A stretch of 64,000 bases of DNA. Source: Chloroflexota bacterium. Lineage in GTDB: Bacteria > Chloroflexota > Limnocylindria > Limnocylindrales > CSP1-4. A program made the translations under genes and the position numbers. Shown piece after piece: positions 17,006 to 25,186 of this stretch. Below the pieces are notes generated by a model. That model saw nothing but the letters and a program-made list of their open reading frames with translations. It had not been told where the DNA came from and ran no database searches. The DNA is taken from positions 26,286 to 90,285 of the forward strand of contig JAFMJV010000001.1 in assembly GCA_017853275.1 (NCBI GenBank). The letters run 5' to 3'. The first letter of the stretch is position 1. Every line of letters starts with the position of its first letter.

Positions 17006-17901
17006 CCCGCGCGGCGCTCCGTGAGCGCCAGCCAGGCACGGACGGGAGCGCGGAGGGGTCGCGGCGTGCCGGCCGCCAGGTGGAGCTCCCAGTAGCGCCG
17101 GTGGGAGCGGGCGATCTCGCCGCGCACGCGATCGCGGATCGCGCGCTGCGCCGCATCGAGCTCCGCCTCCGGCCGCCCGATCCCGCTCGACGCCCCCTTC
17201 ACGTGGAGGACCCGCGCCGAGCCCACGTAGACGATCCGCGACCCGGCCGCCCGGACCCGCGCGCACAGGTCGAGATCCTCGGCGTAGAAGCGGTAGGCCT
17301 CGTCCCAGCCCCCGACACGGGCGAGAAGGGCGGACCGGACGAGGAGGAAGGCTCCCGAGCAGGCCTCCACCTCGTGGGTCGATGCCGGATCGAGCCAGCC
17401 GAGCGTGTAGCGCGCGAGACGCCGCGAGCGCGGGAAGCGCCGGTCGAGCCCGAGCGTATGGAAGAGGGCTGCCGACGGCGTCGGGAGCCCGCGGTGGCAG
17501 GCGTGGTCCCGTTCTCCGTCCGGCCGCACGAGCTGCGCGGTCACGATCCCGGTCCGGGGGTCCGCCTCCAGCGCGTCCAGGCAGGCGGCGAGCGCGTCCG
17601 GGCCCAGCTCCGTGTCCGCGTTCAGGAAGAGGAGCCGGTCCGCCTCCGGGGCAGCGGCAGCGCCGCGGTTGCACGACGTCGCGTAGCCCTTGTTCCCGGC
17701 GTCCGGGCGCGGCCGCAGGTCGAAGGCGCCGGCGACCGGGTCGAGCGCCGCCGTGAGCGCGGCAGGGTCGCTCTCGTTGTCCACCACGACGACGATCTCC
17801 GGCCGCCGGGTGGAGGCGGCGAGGCTCGCGAGGCAGCCGGCGAGAAGGTCGTGGCGCCGGTGGTTCACGACGACCACCGCGAGGATCCCCCCGCCGCTCA
17901 C
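16984..17901 (-). CDS. Glycosyltransferase family 2
   Basis: LAVVVVNHRR, VVVDNESD, NKGYATSCNRG, LFLNADTEL, CSGAFLLVR, FYAEDLDLCARV. GTG 17901 in a GTGA overlap with the upstream DUF4012 gene stop. Confidence 0.88.
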   Translation of the reverse strand: MSGGGILAVVVVNHRRHDLLAGCLASLAASTRRPEIVVVVDNESDPAALTAALDPVAGAFDLRPRPDAGNKGYATSCNRGAAAAPEADRLLFLNADTELGPDALAACLDALEADPRTGIVTAQLVRPDGERDHACHRGLPTPSAALFHTLGLDRRFPRSRRLARYTLGWLDPASTHEVEACSGAFLLVRSALLARVGGWDEAYRFYAEDLDLCARVRAAGSRIVYVGSARVLHVKGASSGIGRPEAELDAAQRAIRDRVRGEIARSHRRYWELHLAAGTPRPLRAPVRAWLALTERRAGQGRGSA

Positions 17902-19814
17902 GGGAGCCACCGGAGCTCCAGGACGAGGTCCTCCGTCAGCGTCCCGGACCACCGGACCGTCTCGCCCTCCGCCACGAGGCCGGGGGAGAGGCTCGCCGGG
18001 CGCACCCCTGCCGGGAGACGGATCGCGATCGTCACCGGCTCCGGGCCCATCCCCGGCTGCTTCCGTAGGGAGAGCCGGTAGAGCCGTCCCTCTCCTTCGG
18101 CCAGGACGACCGCCGGCGTCCGCCACGCGTGGGCGAGCCAGGCCTCGCCGGGCGGGATGAGGAGGTAGCTGCCCCACGCGGTACGGCCCGCGATCGTCGT
18201 CGTCTCCTCCACGCCGCTGACCGGGAGCCGGCTCATCCCCTCGAGCGCGAGGAGCTCGCTCCCGCCCGGGACGAGGAGGCGCACATAGAGCCCGTAGAGC
18301 CCCTCCTCGCTCTCCGATGCCGCGCGGAGGAGGCGCGTCAGGGGGTCGTCCGCATCCCCGCGGTTCCGCCACGTCGTGCGCAACGCGTGCTCCACCGATC
18401 CGTCCGCCCCGAGCGCGGCGGAGAGCATCCACGCGCGCTCCACGACCGGGCTGAGCTTGGATGACGGGGCGACGTTCGCATCGACGAGATCCACGTGGTC
18501 GCCGGGTCCGGCGAGGAGCTCCCCGGCGAGCGGCGTCCCGGCGAGGAGGGCCTGCTCCGCGGGCCGGACGAGCCAGGCCTGGAGGTCGCGGCTCCGGACG
18601 AGCCCCGGGAGCTCCCGCACGAGCCCCGCCCGATCGGCAGCCGGGAGCGCGAGGAGCCGGGCGAGGAGGACCTCCGCGAGCTCCGCGATCGGGGCCTTCC
18701 GGTCCGTCCCCTCCGTGCGCGTCGCGCCGAGGATGACGGGGAGCGTCTCGCCCGCGCGCACCACGATCCCGCTCTCCGGCAGGGTGAGCGGCCCCGTGAC
18801 GCGGAGGAGCCGGTCGATCGCCCCCGTCCCGAGCGCGATCACGCCGTCGATCCGATCGTCACCGCTCTCCGCTCCGTAGAGGCGGAGGGCATCCGCGGCC
18901 GCCTCGGGGAAGTGCGGCGACCAGTTCGCGTCCGCCAGCTCCCACGAGCCCCGGCCGAGGAGGCGCGCGGCGAGCGCGGGGGGCGGCTCCTGCCGGGGGA
19001 GCCCGGGCTGACCGTCGAGCCGGTAGACGTCGTCCACCGTCACCCCGGCGAGCCCGCCGTCCCGCAGCGTGACGATCCCGTAGGTCCCGATGAACCCGCC
19101 GGTGGGCCGGATCTCGGCGGGGTTCTGCGCGAGGAGGAGGTAGCGTCGCTCGCCCTCGATCCCCGCGATCGCCGGGAGCGCCCCGGCGATCGACGCCCAC
19201 GAGCGGACGAGCGGCTCCGCTCGGACGGCGAGGCTCGCGACCCGCTCGGCCGTGCTCCGGAGGGGGCCTGCGGCCGTGGCCGGGACCGATGCCGCGGCGG
19301 CCGCCGCGCGGCCCAGGAGCTCCGCGGCACGGAGCGCATCGGGCTCGCTCGCCGCGACCGCCCGGACGAGCGCAGGGAGGGGGTCCGCCGCCGCGCTCTC
19401 CTGCTCGATGATGCCGGCCAGGTCGAGCGCGAGGAGCGCGGCCTCCGCGGCCGCCGCCGCCGCATCCGTGAGCGCGACCGCCCCGTCCACCTGGGCTGCG
19501 CCGCCGGGCAGGAGACGGACGAGGCCGGCGAGCGGATCACCCCGGAGCGCATCCCCAAGCCGTGCCGACCCACGAAGGATCGCGTCCGCATCCGCCCGGA
19601 GCGCGGCGGTGCCCCCCGTCACCACGATCTCCGGGCCGGCATCCGCGAGGGTCGTCGCCAGCCGCTCCGCTGCATCCCGGGTCTCGGCCGCCGCAAGCGC
19701 GAGCGGCAGGTAGCGCACGACCGCGACCGCGCCGAGCGCAAGCACGACGCCGGCACCGAGGAGGAGCGCACGCCGCCGGGATCGCCGGGCGCGGCGGCCG
19801 GGGGAGGGGGTCAC
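17898..19814 (-). CDS. DUF4012 domain membrane-anchored protein
   Basis: N-terminal RRARRSRRR + TM helix. Hallmark RYLLLAQNPAEIRPTGGFIGTYG segment, as recalled for DUF4012 proteins found beside Gram-positive glycan clusters. Confidence 0.8.
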   Translation of the reverse strand: MTPSPGRRARRSRRRALLLGAGVVLALGAVAVVRYLPLALAAAETRDAAERLATTLADAGPEIVVTGGTAALRADADAILRGSARLGDALRGDPLAGLVRLLPGGAAQVDGAVALTDAAAAAAEAALLALDLAGIIEQESAAADPLPALVRAVAASEPDALRAAELLGRAAAAAASVPATAAGPLRSTAERVASLAVRAEPLVRSWASIAGALPAIAGIEGERRYLLLAQNPAEIRPTGGFIGTYGIVTLRDGGLAGVTVDDVYRLDGQPGLPRQEPPPALAARLLGRGSWELADANWSPHFPEAAADALRLYGAESGDDRIDGVIALGTGAIDRLLRVTGPLTLPESGIVVRAGETLPVILGATRTEGTDRKAPIAELAEVLLARLLALPAADRAGLVRELPGLVRSRDLQAWLVRPAEQALLAGTPLAGELLAGPGDHVDLVDANVAPSSKLSPVVERAWMLSAALGADGSVEHALRTTWRNRGDADDPLTRLLRAASESEEGLYGLYVRLLVPGGSELLALEGMSRLPVSGVEETTTIAGRTAWGSYLLIPPGEAWLAHAWRTPAVVLAEGEGRLYRLSLRKQPGMGPEPVTIAIRLPAGVRPASLSPGLVAEGETVRWSGTLTEDLVLELRWLP

Positions 19815-19917
19815 GGCAGGGTCGATCGGAAGGTCCTCGGCTCGGGGGGCCCGGATCGGGGGTCCGGGGGGCCGTGGCTATACTGCCCCGACGCGGCCCT
19901 TCCCGTCCGAGGTCAGC

Positions 19918-21855
19918 ATGCTCTCGATCCTCCCAGGCGTCGCACGGGGACGCCGGGCCCTTGCAGCCGTGCTCGTGGCCCTCGTCCTCGCCGGAGCCCT
20001 CCCCGGTGCGCTCCCCGCCCTCGCCTACGGCCCGGCTCCCGTCTACCAGGTCGGGATCTCCGGCCCCTCGCGTGCCGTCGACTGCGGGCGCTCCGTCGAG
20101 CTGCGCGCCACCGTCCTCTCCACCGAGACCGGCCGGCCGGTCCGCCGCCAGGTCGTCCGCTGGACGATCGCCGAGGGGGCTTCCGGCGATCGCCTTTCCG
20201 CCACCCAGGGCGTGACCGCTGCGGACGGCACCACCACCGTCGTCCTCACCCTGGCGGTCGCCGCCGGAGACCGGCGCATCCGGGCCTCTGCCGCGGGCTC
20301 GGACGGCAGGGTCGCGATCGCCGTCCGCTGCTCCCCGCCCCCGGCCACCCCGGCACCCACCCGGAAGCCCCGCCGATCGCCCCGGCCGTCGTCCGCTCCG
20401 CCGGCCGCTCCGGTGGAGATCCCGGCGCTCCGCATCGGCTACCGCACGGAGGACCTCGCGGGCCGCGCCCCCTTCCTCGCTGCGGAGATCTCCGGGGCGG
20501 TGGCTGCCGCCGGGCTCGAGCCCCTCACCCTCGTCCCCGCCCCGGACGGTCTGGCGGCGCTCCGTGACGGGCGCGTCGAGATCGCCGTCGTTCCCGTCGC
20601 GGAGGCGATGGACGCGATCCGCCGCGGGGAGCCGTTCATCGTGATCGCCGGATACCGCCCCTGGTGGCCCAACCTCATCGCCGCGGCACCCACCCCGCTC
20701 CCCTCGGGCGCCCCCCTCATCCTGGGTGACGATCCGGAGCGCCTGGCCGCGATCCTCGCCGCGCTCGCCGAGGCGGGCCGGCCGGTCGATCCGGCGATCG
20801 ACCCGGTCCTCCTCCCGCCCGGTGGCCCGGATGCCTGGCTGGCGCCGCTCCTCGCGGGAGAGGTCGCGCTCGCGCCGGTCCGGAACGCGGACCGCCTCGC
20901 GCTCTCGCGCGCCGGCGCCCCGCTCCTCGTCGACCGCCAGGAGTGGGGTGGGGAGCTCCTCGTCGCCGGCTCCGCCTTTCCCGGGACGGCGCCCGCCACC
21001 CTCGCGGCCTTCCTCGACGCCTACCTCGCGGGCCTCGCGGCGCTCGCCGACCCTGCGAACGACCCGGCCCTCGAGCGTGCCGCGCGGATGGCGGGGATCG
21101 TCTACACGGATGCGGTCGTCGCCGGCTGGCCGAGCGACCTCGAGGACTTCCGGCCGGCGGACGGCGGGCTCGGCACCCCCGGCGAGGACGGTGGCCTCGC
21201 CGCTCTCCACGCCTGGGCCGCCGCGCGTGCTCGTCCTCTCCCGATCCCGGGGGACGCGATCGCCCTCGGGCCTCTGAACGCCGCCCAGGCGCGCCGCGGC
21301 GCCGCGCCGGACCCCGCGCTCCCCGCCCTCCCTCCTGGGGACGGTCGGACGATCCGCGTCGCGACCCCGGCCGATGACCCCGGCGCAGCCCTCCCGCTCG
21401 AGCGTGCCGGCCTCCTCGGGGTCGCTGCGCTCGCGGGTCTCTCCGGGGTCGTCGCCCTCCCGGCCGCGGATCCGATCGCCGAGCTCGCTGCCGGCCGTGC
21501 CGAGCTCGCCATCGTGCCCGCCGACCTCGCAGCGGCGCTCGCCGCGGACGCCGCCGGCCCGCGGACGATCGCCGGCTGGCGCGCGGACGGGGAGGGGGGT
21601 CCCGCGCTCGTCGTCCTCGCCTCCGCGGCCGACGCGGCCGACCCCGACCGGCTCGCGCCGGTCGTCGCCACCCTCCTGCGTGGCCTCGCTGCGCTCGACC
21701 ACGCGGACGCTGCGGAGGCCCTGCCGTCCCGGCTGCGCTCCGCGTATCTCCCCGGCGATGGGAGCATCCCTCCGGGGATCCCGGCCGCGCTCGCCGCCCC
21801 GGAGGCGCTCGCGATCGCGCGAGCGGCCCTCGGCCTCGCGGGTGACCGCCCGTGA
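19918..21855 (+). CDS. Secreted protein: Big_1-like Ig domain + Pro-rich linker + Ala-rich binding-protein-like region (function unknown)
   Basis: Signal peptide ...ALPALA/YG. Ig-like segment VELRATVLSTETGRPVRRQVVRWTI...TAADGTTTVVLT. Linker PPPATPAPTRKPRRSPRPSSAPPAAP. The remainder is only weakly reminiscent of SsuA/NMT1-type binding proteins. Confidence 0.6.
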   Translation: MLSILPGVARGRRALAAVLVALVLAGALPGALPALAYGPAPVYQVGISGPSRAVDCGRSVELRATVLSTETGRPVRRQVVRWTIAEGASGDRLSATQGVTAADGTTTVVLTLAVAAGDRRIRASAAGSDGRVAIAVRCSPPPATPAPTRKPRRSPRPSSAPPAAPVEIPALRIGYRTEDLAGRAPFLAAEISGAVAAAGLEPLTLVPAPDGLAALRDGRVEIAVVPVAEAMDAIRRGEPFIVIAGYRPWWPNLIAAAPTPLPSGAPLILGDDPERLAAILAALAEAGRPVDPAIDPVLLPPGGPDAWLAPLLAGEVALAPVRNADRLALSRAGAPLLVDRQEWGGELLVAGSAFPGTAPATLAAFLDAYLAGLAALADPANDPALERAARMAGIVYTDAVVAGWPSDLEDFRPADGGLGTPGEDGGLAALHAWAAARARPLPIPGDAIALGPLNAAQARRGAAPDPALPALPPGDGRTIRVATPADDPGAALPLERAGLLGVAALAGLSGVVALPAADPIAELAAGRAELAIVPADLAAALAADAAGPRTIAGWRADGEGGPALVVLASAADAADPDRLAPVVATLLRGLAALDHADAAEALPSRLRSAYLPGDGSIPPGIPAALAAPEALAIARAALGLAGDRP

Positions 21856-22823
21856 TGCGGGTCCGCGCCACCACCGCCCTCCTCGCCGTCCTCCTCGTCG
21901 CGCTGGCCGCACCCGTCCCCGCGGCCGCCGCACGGCCCCTTGCGCTCGGGGTCGGGCACCTCCCGAGCGACGACATCGCGGAGGTCGATTCCTTCACTGC
22001 GAGCGTGGGCGGGGTCGCGCCGGCGATCTGGACCCTCTGGTCCGCGTGGGGCGGGCCGACCGCGCCCTTCCCCTCCGCCACCTTCCTCGATGCGCTCCGC
22101 GACCGTGGGATCGCCCCGATGGTGAACTGGGAGCCGGTCGACCCCTCGCGGCAGCTGAGCAGCCGCTACACGTATGCCCGGATCGCCTCGGGACGCCATG
22201 ACGCCTACATCCGGGGCTGGGCCCGGGCGGCGGCCGCCTGGGGTGGGACGGTCTACCTGCGCTTCGCCCACGAGATGAACGGGACCTGGTTCCCGTGGGG
22301 GATCGGGCGCTTCAGCAACACCGCAACCACCTTCAAGGAGGCCTGGCGCCATATCGTCCGGATCTTCCGTGCGGAGGGAGCGCGCAACGTCCGCTTCGTC
22401 TGGAGCCCCTACATGCTCTGCCCCTGGTGCGGCCGCTACTCCACGATCTATCCCGGGAACCGGTGGGTCCACCACACGAGCTTCAGCGCCTTCGACTGGC
22501 AGACGGAATGGCTGCCGGCGCGTTCGATGACGTCGCTCTTCCTTCCCTCGGTGCGCGCCCTCCGCCAGGTGGCACCCAGGAAGTCGATCATCGTCGCGGA
22601 GACGGGGACGCCGGCGATCGAGGGCTACAAGGCGGACTGGATCCGGGACGGCTATCCGGCGGTCCACGAGGCCTTCCCGGAGATCCTCGCGATCGTCTGG
22701 TTCGACGTGCGGACCGAGGACGCCGACCACCCGGACTGGCGGCTCAGCCAGCCCCCCGCCGCGCTCGCCGCCTACGCCGCGATCGTCGCCCAGCCGCAGT
22801 TCCAGGGCCGCCTCATCCCCTGA
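21852..22823 (+). CDS. Secreted glycoside hydrolase family 26-like protein
   Basis: Signal peptide MMRVRATTALLAVLLVALAAPVPAAAA. LRFAHEMNGTWFPWG (acid/base Glu motif) and SIIVAETG (nucleophile Glu motif). GTG 21852 (GTGA overlap) or ATG 21855. Confidence 0.8.
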   Translation: MMRVRATTALLAVLLVALAAPVPAAAARPLALGVGHLPSDDIAEVDSFTASVGGVAPAIWTLWSAWGGPTAPFPSATFLDALRDRGIAPMVNWEPVDPSRQLSSRYTYARIASGRHDAYIRGWARAAAAWGGTVYLRFAHEMNGTWFPWGIGRFSNTATTFKEAWRHIVRIFRAEGARNVRFVWSPYMLCPWCGRYSTIYPGNRWVHHTSFSAFDWQTEWLPARSMTSLFLPSVRALRQVAPRKSIIVAETGTPAIEGYKADWIRDGYPAVHEAFPEILAIVWFDVRTEDADHPDWRLSQPPAALAAYAAIVAQPQFQGRLIP

Positions 22824-22846
22824 CCCGCGCCCGGGGTCGGTGGGGA

Positions 22847-22866
22847 GCGGTGCCGTGGGGCACCGC
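22847..22866 (+). terminator. Short hairpin after the GH26 gene
   Basis: GCGGTGCC-GTGG-GGCACCGC, 24 nt after the stop. No T-tract. Confidence 0.3.
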
Positions 22867-22892
22867 GGAGTCGCCGGAACACCTCCTGCACC

Positions 22893-22922
22893 CTGACAAC
22901 CTCCGCGGTTGCGTGGTACTTT
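22893..22922 (+). promoter_or_regulatory. Candidate sigma-70-type promoter (CTGACA - 18 nt - TACTTT)
   Basis: Lies in the most AT-rich intergenic patch of the window, ~90 nt upstream of ATG 23011. Confidence 0.3.
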
Positions 22923-22930
22923 CGTCCTAT

Positions 22931-22948
22931 CCGAACGCAGGCGTTCGG
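22931..22948 (+). promoter_or_regulatory. Perfect inverted repeat CCGAACGC-AG-GCGTTCGG just downstream of the candidate -10
   Basis: 8-bp arms with a 2-nt spacer. Could be an operator or a 5'-UTR stem-loop. Confidence 0.3.
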
Positions 22949-23010
22949 TCTACCCGACGCGGGTTCCCAAGGCGCCGGTCGCCGCCCGAAAAGCAAAGGG
23001 GAGAGCCACG

Positions 23011-24471
23011 ATGCAGTTCCGTTCCAGCCTGGGTGGCGCCGTTCGCGGCCGCCTCCTGCGGGCGTCGATCCTGGGGGCCGGCATGGTCCTCGCCACCGCC
23101 GCGGTCGCCTTCGCGGACGCCCCGTACCCCACCTCCGTCGACGTCGAGCAGGACGGTGCCACCGTCACGCTCACCGGGACGTGGGTCTGGGAGGACAAGA
23201 CCGATCCGTGCGGCCCCGGCACCTCTGCCAACCGCGCCGTCGGCTGGGCCGCGGACTGGGGCGACGGCTGGGACGGCAACTTCATCAAGAGCAAGGGCGC
23301 TCCCAAGGGCGTCGGTTACCACATGGGCACCGCCGAGGACAACCTCGTGCGCACCTCGGACGCGAACGGCGGCCTCGGTGACTGCGGCCTGCCCCTTCTC
23401 CAGGGCGCCTCGGATGATGCCCCGCGCGGCGTCACGGGGACCTGGGGCCCGATCAGCTACACCTACGGCGGCCCCGGCACGTACGAGATCTGCGTCGTCA
23501 CCTACGACGTGAAGTACAAGTTCGAGGGTGAGGCGATCGTCCCCAAGGACGCGAAGCAGCTCGTCGCCGGCGGCAAGGACCACAATTCGGACAACTCCGC
23601 CGAGGGCCAGTACCTCGACTCCGGGCGCCAGTGCGCGAACGGCGAGGGCGGTGTCCCGATCATCGTCGAGATCCCGCTCCCGGTCCTTGAGCTCACGAAG
23701 AAGGCCGCCGAGCCGGAGTTCACCCCGATCGTCGGCTCCACCGTCCTCTACCGCTTCCGCGTCGAGAACGTCGGGCAGGGCCCGGCCGCCGGCCCGATCG
23801 TCATCAACGACCCGATGGTCCCCGATGCCGAGTGCCCGAGCCTGGTCATGATCGGTGACGAGGACGACCACCTGGACGTCGGCGAGCACATCGTCTGCGT
23901 CGGCAGCTACAGCGTCACCCAGGACGACATCGACGCGGGCGAGATCGTGAACACCGCGACCGCCGCCTCCGGCACGTTCGTCTCGAACGACAGCACCGAG
24001 ACGGTCACCGAGGCCGCCACGGTCCACGTCCTCCTCGACGAGAGCGGCTCGATGACCTCGGCCGCGAACCGCGTCATCCGCGACTACAACCGCTTCCTTG
24101 CCGGCCAGCAGGCGCGCCGCCCGATGGCGATCTACGGCCTCACGCTCTTCAGCTCCGAGCGCTATGTGAACCGCTACGGCCAGCGGGTGATCACGAGCGT
24201 CCCGAACCTCAACAGCAAGAGCTTCCGGCCGGCCGGCCGGACCCCGCTCTACGACGCGGCGACCCGGGCGATCAACGCGCTGGCGGCCACGAACCCCCAG
24301 AGCCAGGTGATCTTCGTCATCGACACGGACGGTGCCGATAACGCGAGCACCTCGGCGACCCGTTCGAGCCTGGCGAAGCTCATCCGCCAGAAGGAGAACG
24401 ACGGCTGGAAGTTCGTCTTCCGCGGCAAGGACCTCGCGGGCATCCAGTCCGCGGTGGCTGCGCTCCGCTAG
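23011..24471 (+). CDS. Secreted protein: unknown N-terminal domain + DUF11-type conserved repeat + C-terminal vWA (MIDAS) domain
   Basis: SD AAAGGGGAGAG before ATG 23011. Signal peptide ...ATAAVAFA/DA. Repeat: LELTKKAAEPEFTPIVGSTVLYRFRVENVGQGPAAGPIVINDP...VTQDDIDAGEIVNTATA. vWA: VHVLLDESGSMT ... GRTPLYDA ... VIDTDGADN. Confidence 0.8.
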   Translation: MQFRSSLGGAVRGRLLRASILGAGMVLATAAVAFADAPYPTSVDVEQDGATVTLTGTWVWEDKTDPCGPGTSANRAVGWAADWGDGWDGNFIKSKGAPKGVGYHMGTAEDNLVRTSDANGGLGDCGLPLLQGASDDAPRGVTGTWGPISYTYGGPGTYEICVVTYDVKYKFEGEAIVPKDAKQLVAGGKDHNSDNSAEGQYLDSGRQCANGEGGVPIIVEIPLPVLELTKKAAEPEFTPIVGSTVLYRFRVENVGQGPAAGPIVINDPMVPDAECPSLVMIGDEDDHLDVGEHIVCVGSYSVTQDDIDAGEIVNTATAASGTFVSNDSTETVTEAATVHVLLDESGSMTSAANRVIRDYNRFLAGQQARRPMAIYGLTLFSSERYVNRYGQRVITSVPNLNSKSFRPAGRTPLYDAATRAINALAATNPQSQVIFVIDTDGADNASTSATRSSLAKLIRQKENDGWKFVFRGKDLAGIQSAVAALR

Positions 24472-24516
24472 CCTCGCCGGGGCGGCCTCGCGGTCACCCC
24501 ATCCCGGACCAGGAAG

Positions 24517-24556
24517 CCGAGGGCCCGTCCCCCCGCACGGGGGGACGGGCCCTCGG
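24517..24556. terminator. Strong bidirectional hairpin between convergent genes
   Basis: 18-bp perfect stem CCGAGGGCCCGTCCCCCC-GCAC-GGGGGGACGGGCCCTCGG, between the 24471 stop (+) and the 24589 stop (-). Confidence 0.65.
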
Positions 24557-24588
24557 TCATCTGCCGCTCGGTCGTGTGCCGCCGGCGC

Positions 24589-25092
24589 TCAGCCCGCGGC
24601 CGGGCCGCTCCCGCTTCCGGCGCCGCGGATCCGCCCCAGGCTCACCCAGGCATCCGGATCCGCGGTGAGGGCGGCGATCCGCTCGGGGAGGGTGCCGTCG
24701 CGGACCTCGGCGAGCGAGGTCGCCTCGAGGAGGTCGCGGAGCGCGGCGCGTACCGCGATCCAGACCTGCGTGAGGTGGATGGCCGCCCCCTCATAGGCGA
24801 TCCGCTCGGGGCGGTCGCCCCGCACGTTCGCGAGGGGCCCGTCCACGGCGCGGATGACGTCCGCGATGCTGATCTCGGCGGCCGGCCGCGCCAGGGCGTA
24901 GCCGCCATCCGGGCCGCGCCGGCTCGTCACGATCCCCGCGTGCTTCAGCTCCAGGAGGATCGTCTCGAGGAACTTGCGCGGGATCCCCTGGCGCTCGGAG
25001 ATCTTCTCCGCGTTCAGCGGACCATCCGCCTCGGCGGCGGCGAGCTCGATCGTGGCCCGGACGGCGTAGTCGGCCTTGGCGGAGACGCGCAT
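24589..25092 (-). CDS. Rrf2-family transcriptional regulator (no cysteines, so not an Fe-S sensor type)
   Basis: MRVSAKADYAVRATIELA...ISERQGIPRKFLETILLELKHAGIVTSRRGPDGGYALARP: winged-helix Rrf2 signature. The 167-aa product contains no Cys. Confidence 0.9.
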   Translation of the reverse strand: MRVSAKADYAVRATIELAAAEADGPLNAEKISERQGIPRKFLETILLELKHAGIVTSRRGPDGGYALARPAAEISIADVIRAVDGPLANVRGDRPERIAYEGAAIHLTQVWIAVRAALRDLLEATSLAEVRDGTLPERIAALTADPDAWVSLGRIRGAGSGSGPAAG

Positions 25093-25094
25093 GG

Positions 25095-25115
25095 GGGGAT
25101 TATCCGGGAATCCCC
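25095..25115. promoter_or_regulatory. Candidate Rrf2 operator: GGGGATT-N7-AATCCCC, with nested palindrome GGATTATCC
   Basis: Starts 3 nt from the Rrf2 start codon and covers its GATAAT -10-like box. A third half-site, GGGGATA, lies at 25127-25133. Confidence 0.4.
25099..25104 (-). promoter_or_regulatory. -10-like box GATAAT, 6 nt before ATG 25092 (leaderless Rrf2 mRNA)
   Basis: Minus strand reads cccgGATAATccccccATG. Confidence 0.4.
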
Positions 25116-25174
25116 GCTTCCCGGTGGGGATACGGGTGATCAGCCTCGCCGGGGGCTCCCGGCCGGGGGACGGG

Positions 25175-25180
25175 TACCAT
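25175..25180 (+). promoter_or_regulatory. -10-like box TACCAT, 6 nt before GTG 25187 (leaderless ABC operon)
   Basis: gggTACCATccgcaaGTG. Confidence 0.4.
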
Positions 25181-25186
25181 CCGCAA

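Noticed and set aside
14207-17674. 1155-aa minus-strand ORF treated as a single gene
   Set aside because: Only the last 271 codons (wzt, ATG 15022) are credible. Upstream it runs through wzm in the wrong frame, and antisense through the GT2 gene at 15977..17005.
23011-24471. Calling the lower-GC secreted vWA gene a clear horizontal transfer
   Set aside because: The shift could equally come from the amino-acid composition of extracellular proteins (K, N, S, T, Y rich). There are no mobility genes or repeats at its borders. It is kept as an open finding rather than a claim.
25076-25186. ATG 25076 as the start of the ABC ATPase; likewise ATG 8120 for the large GT, ATG 29005 for the glycosylase and ATG 60378 for manB
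   Set aside because: These starts overlap divergent genes or precede -10-like boxes. The downstream starts fit the leaderless spacing or homolog N-termini.
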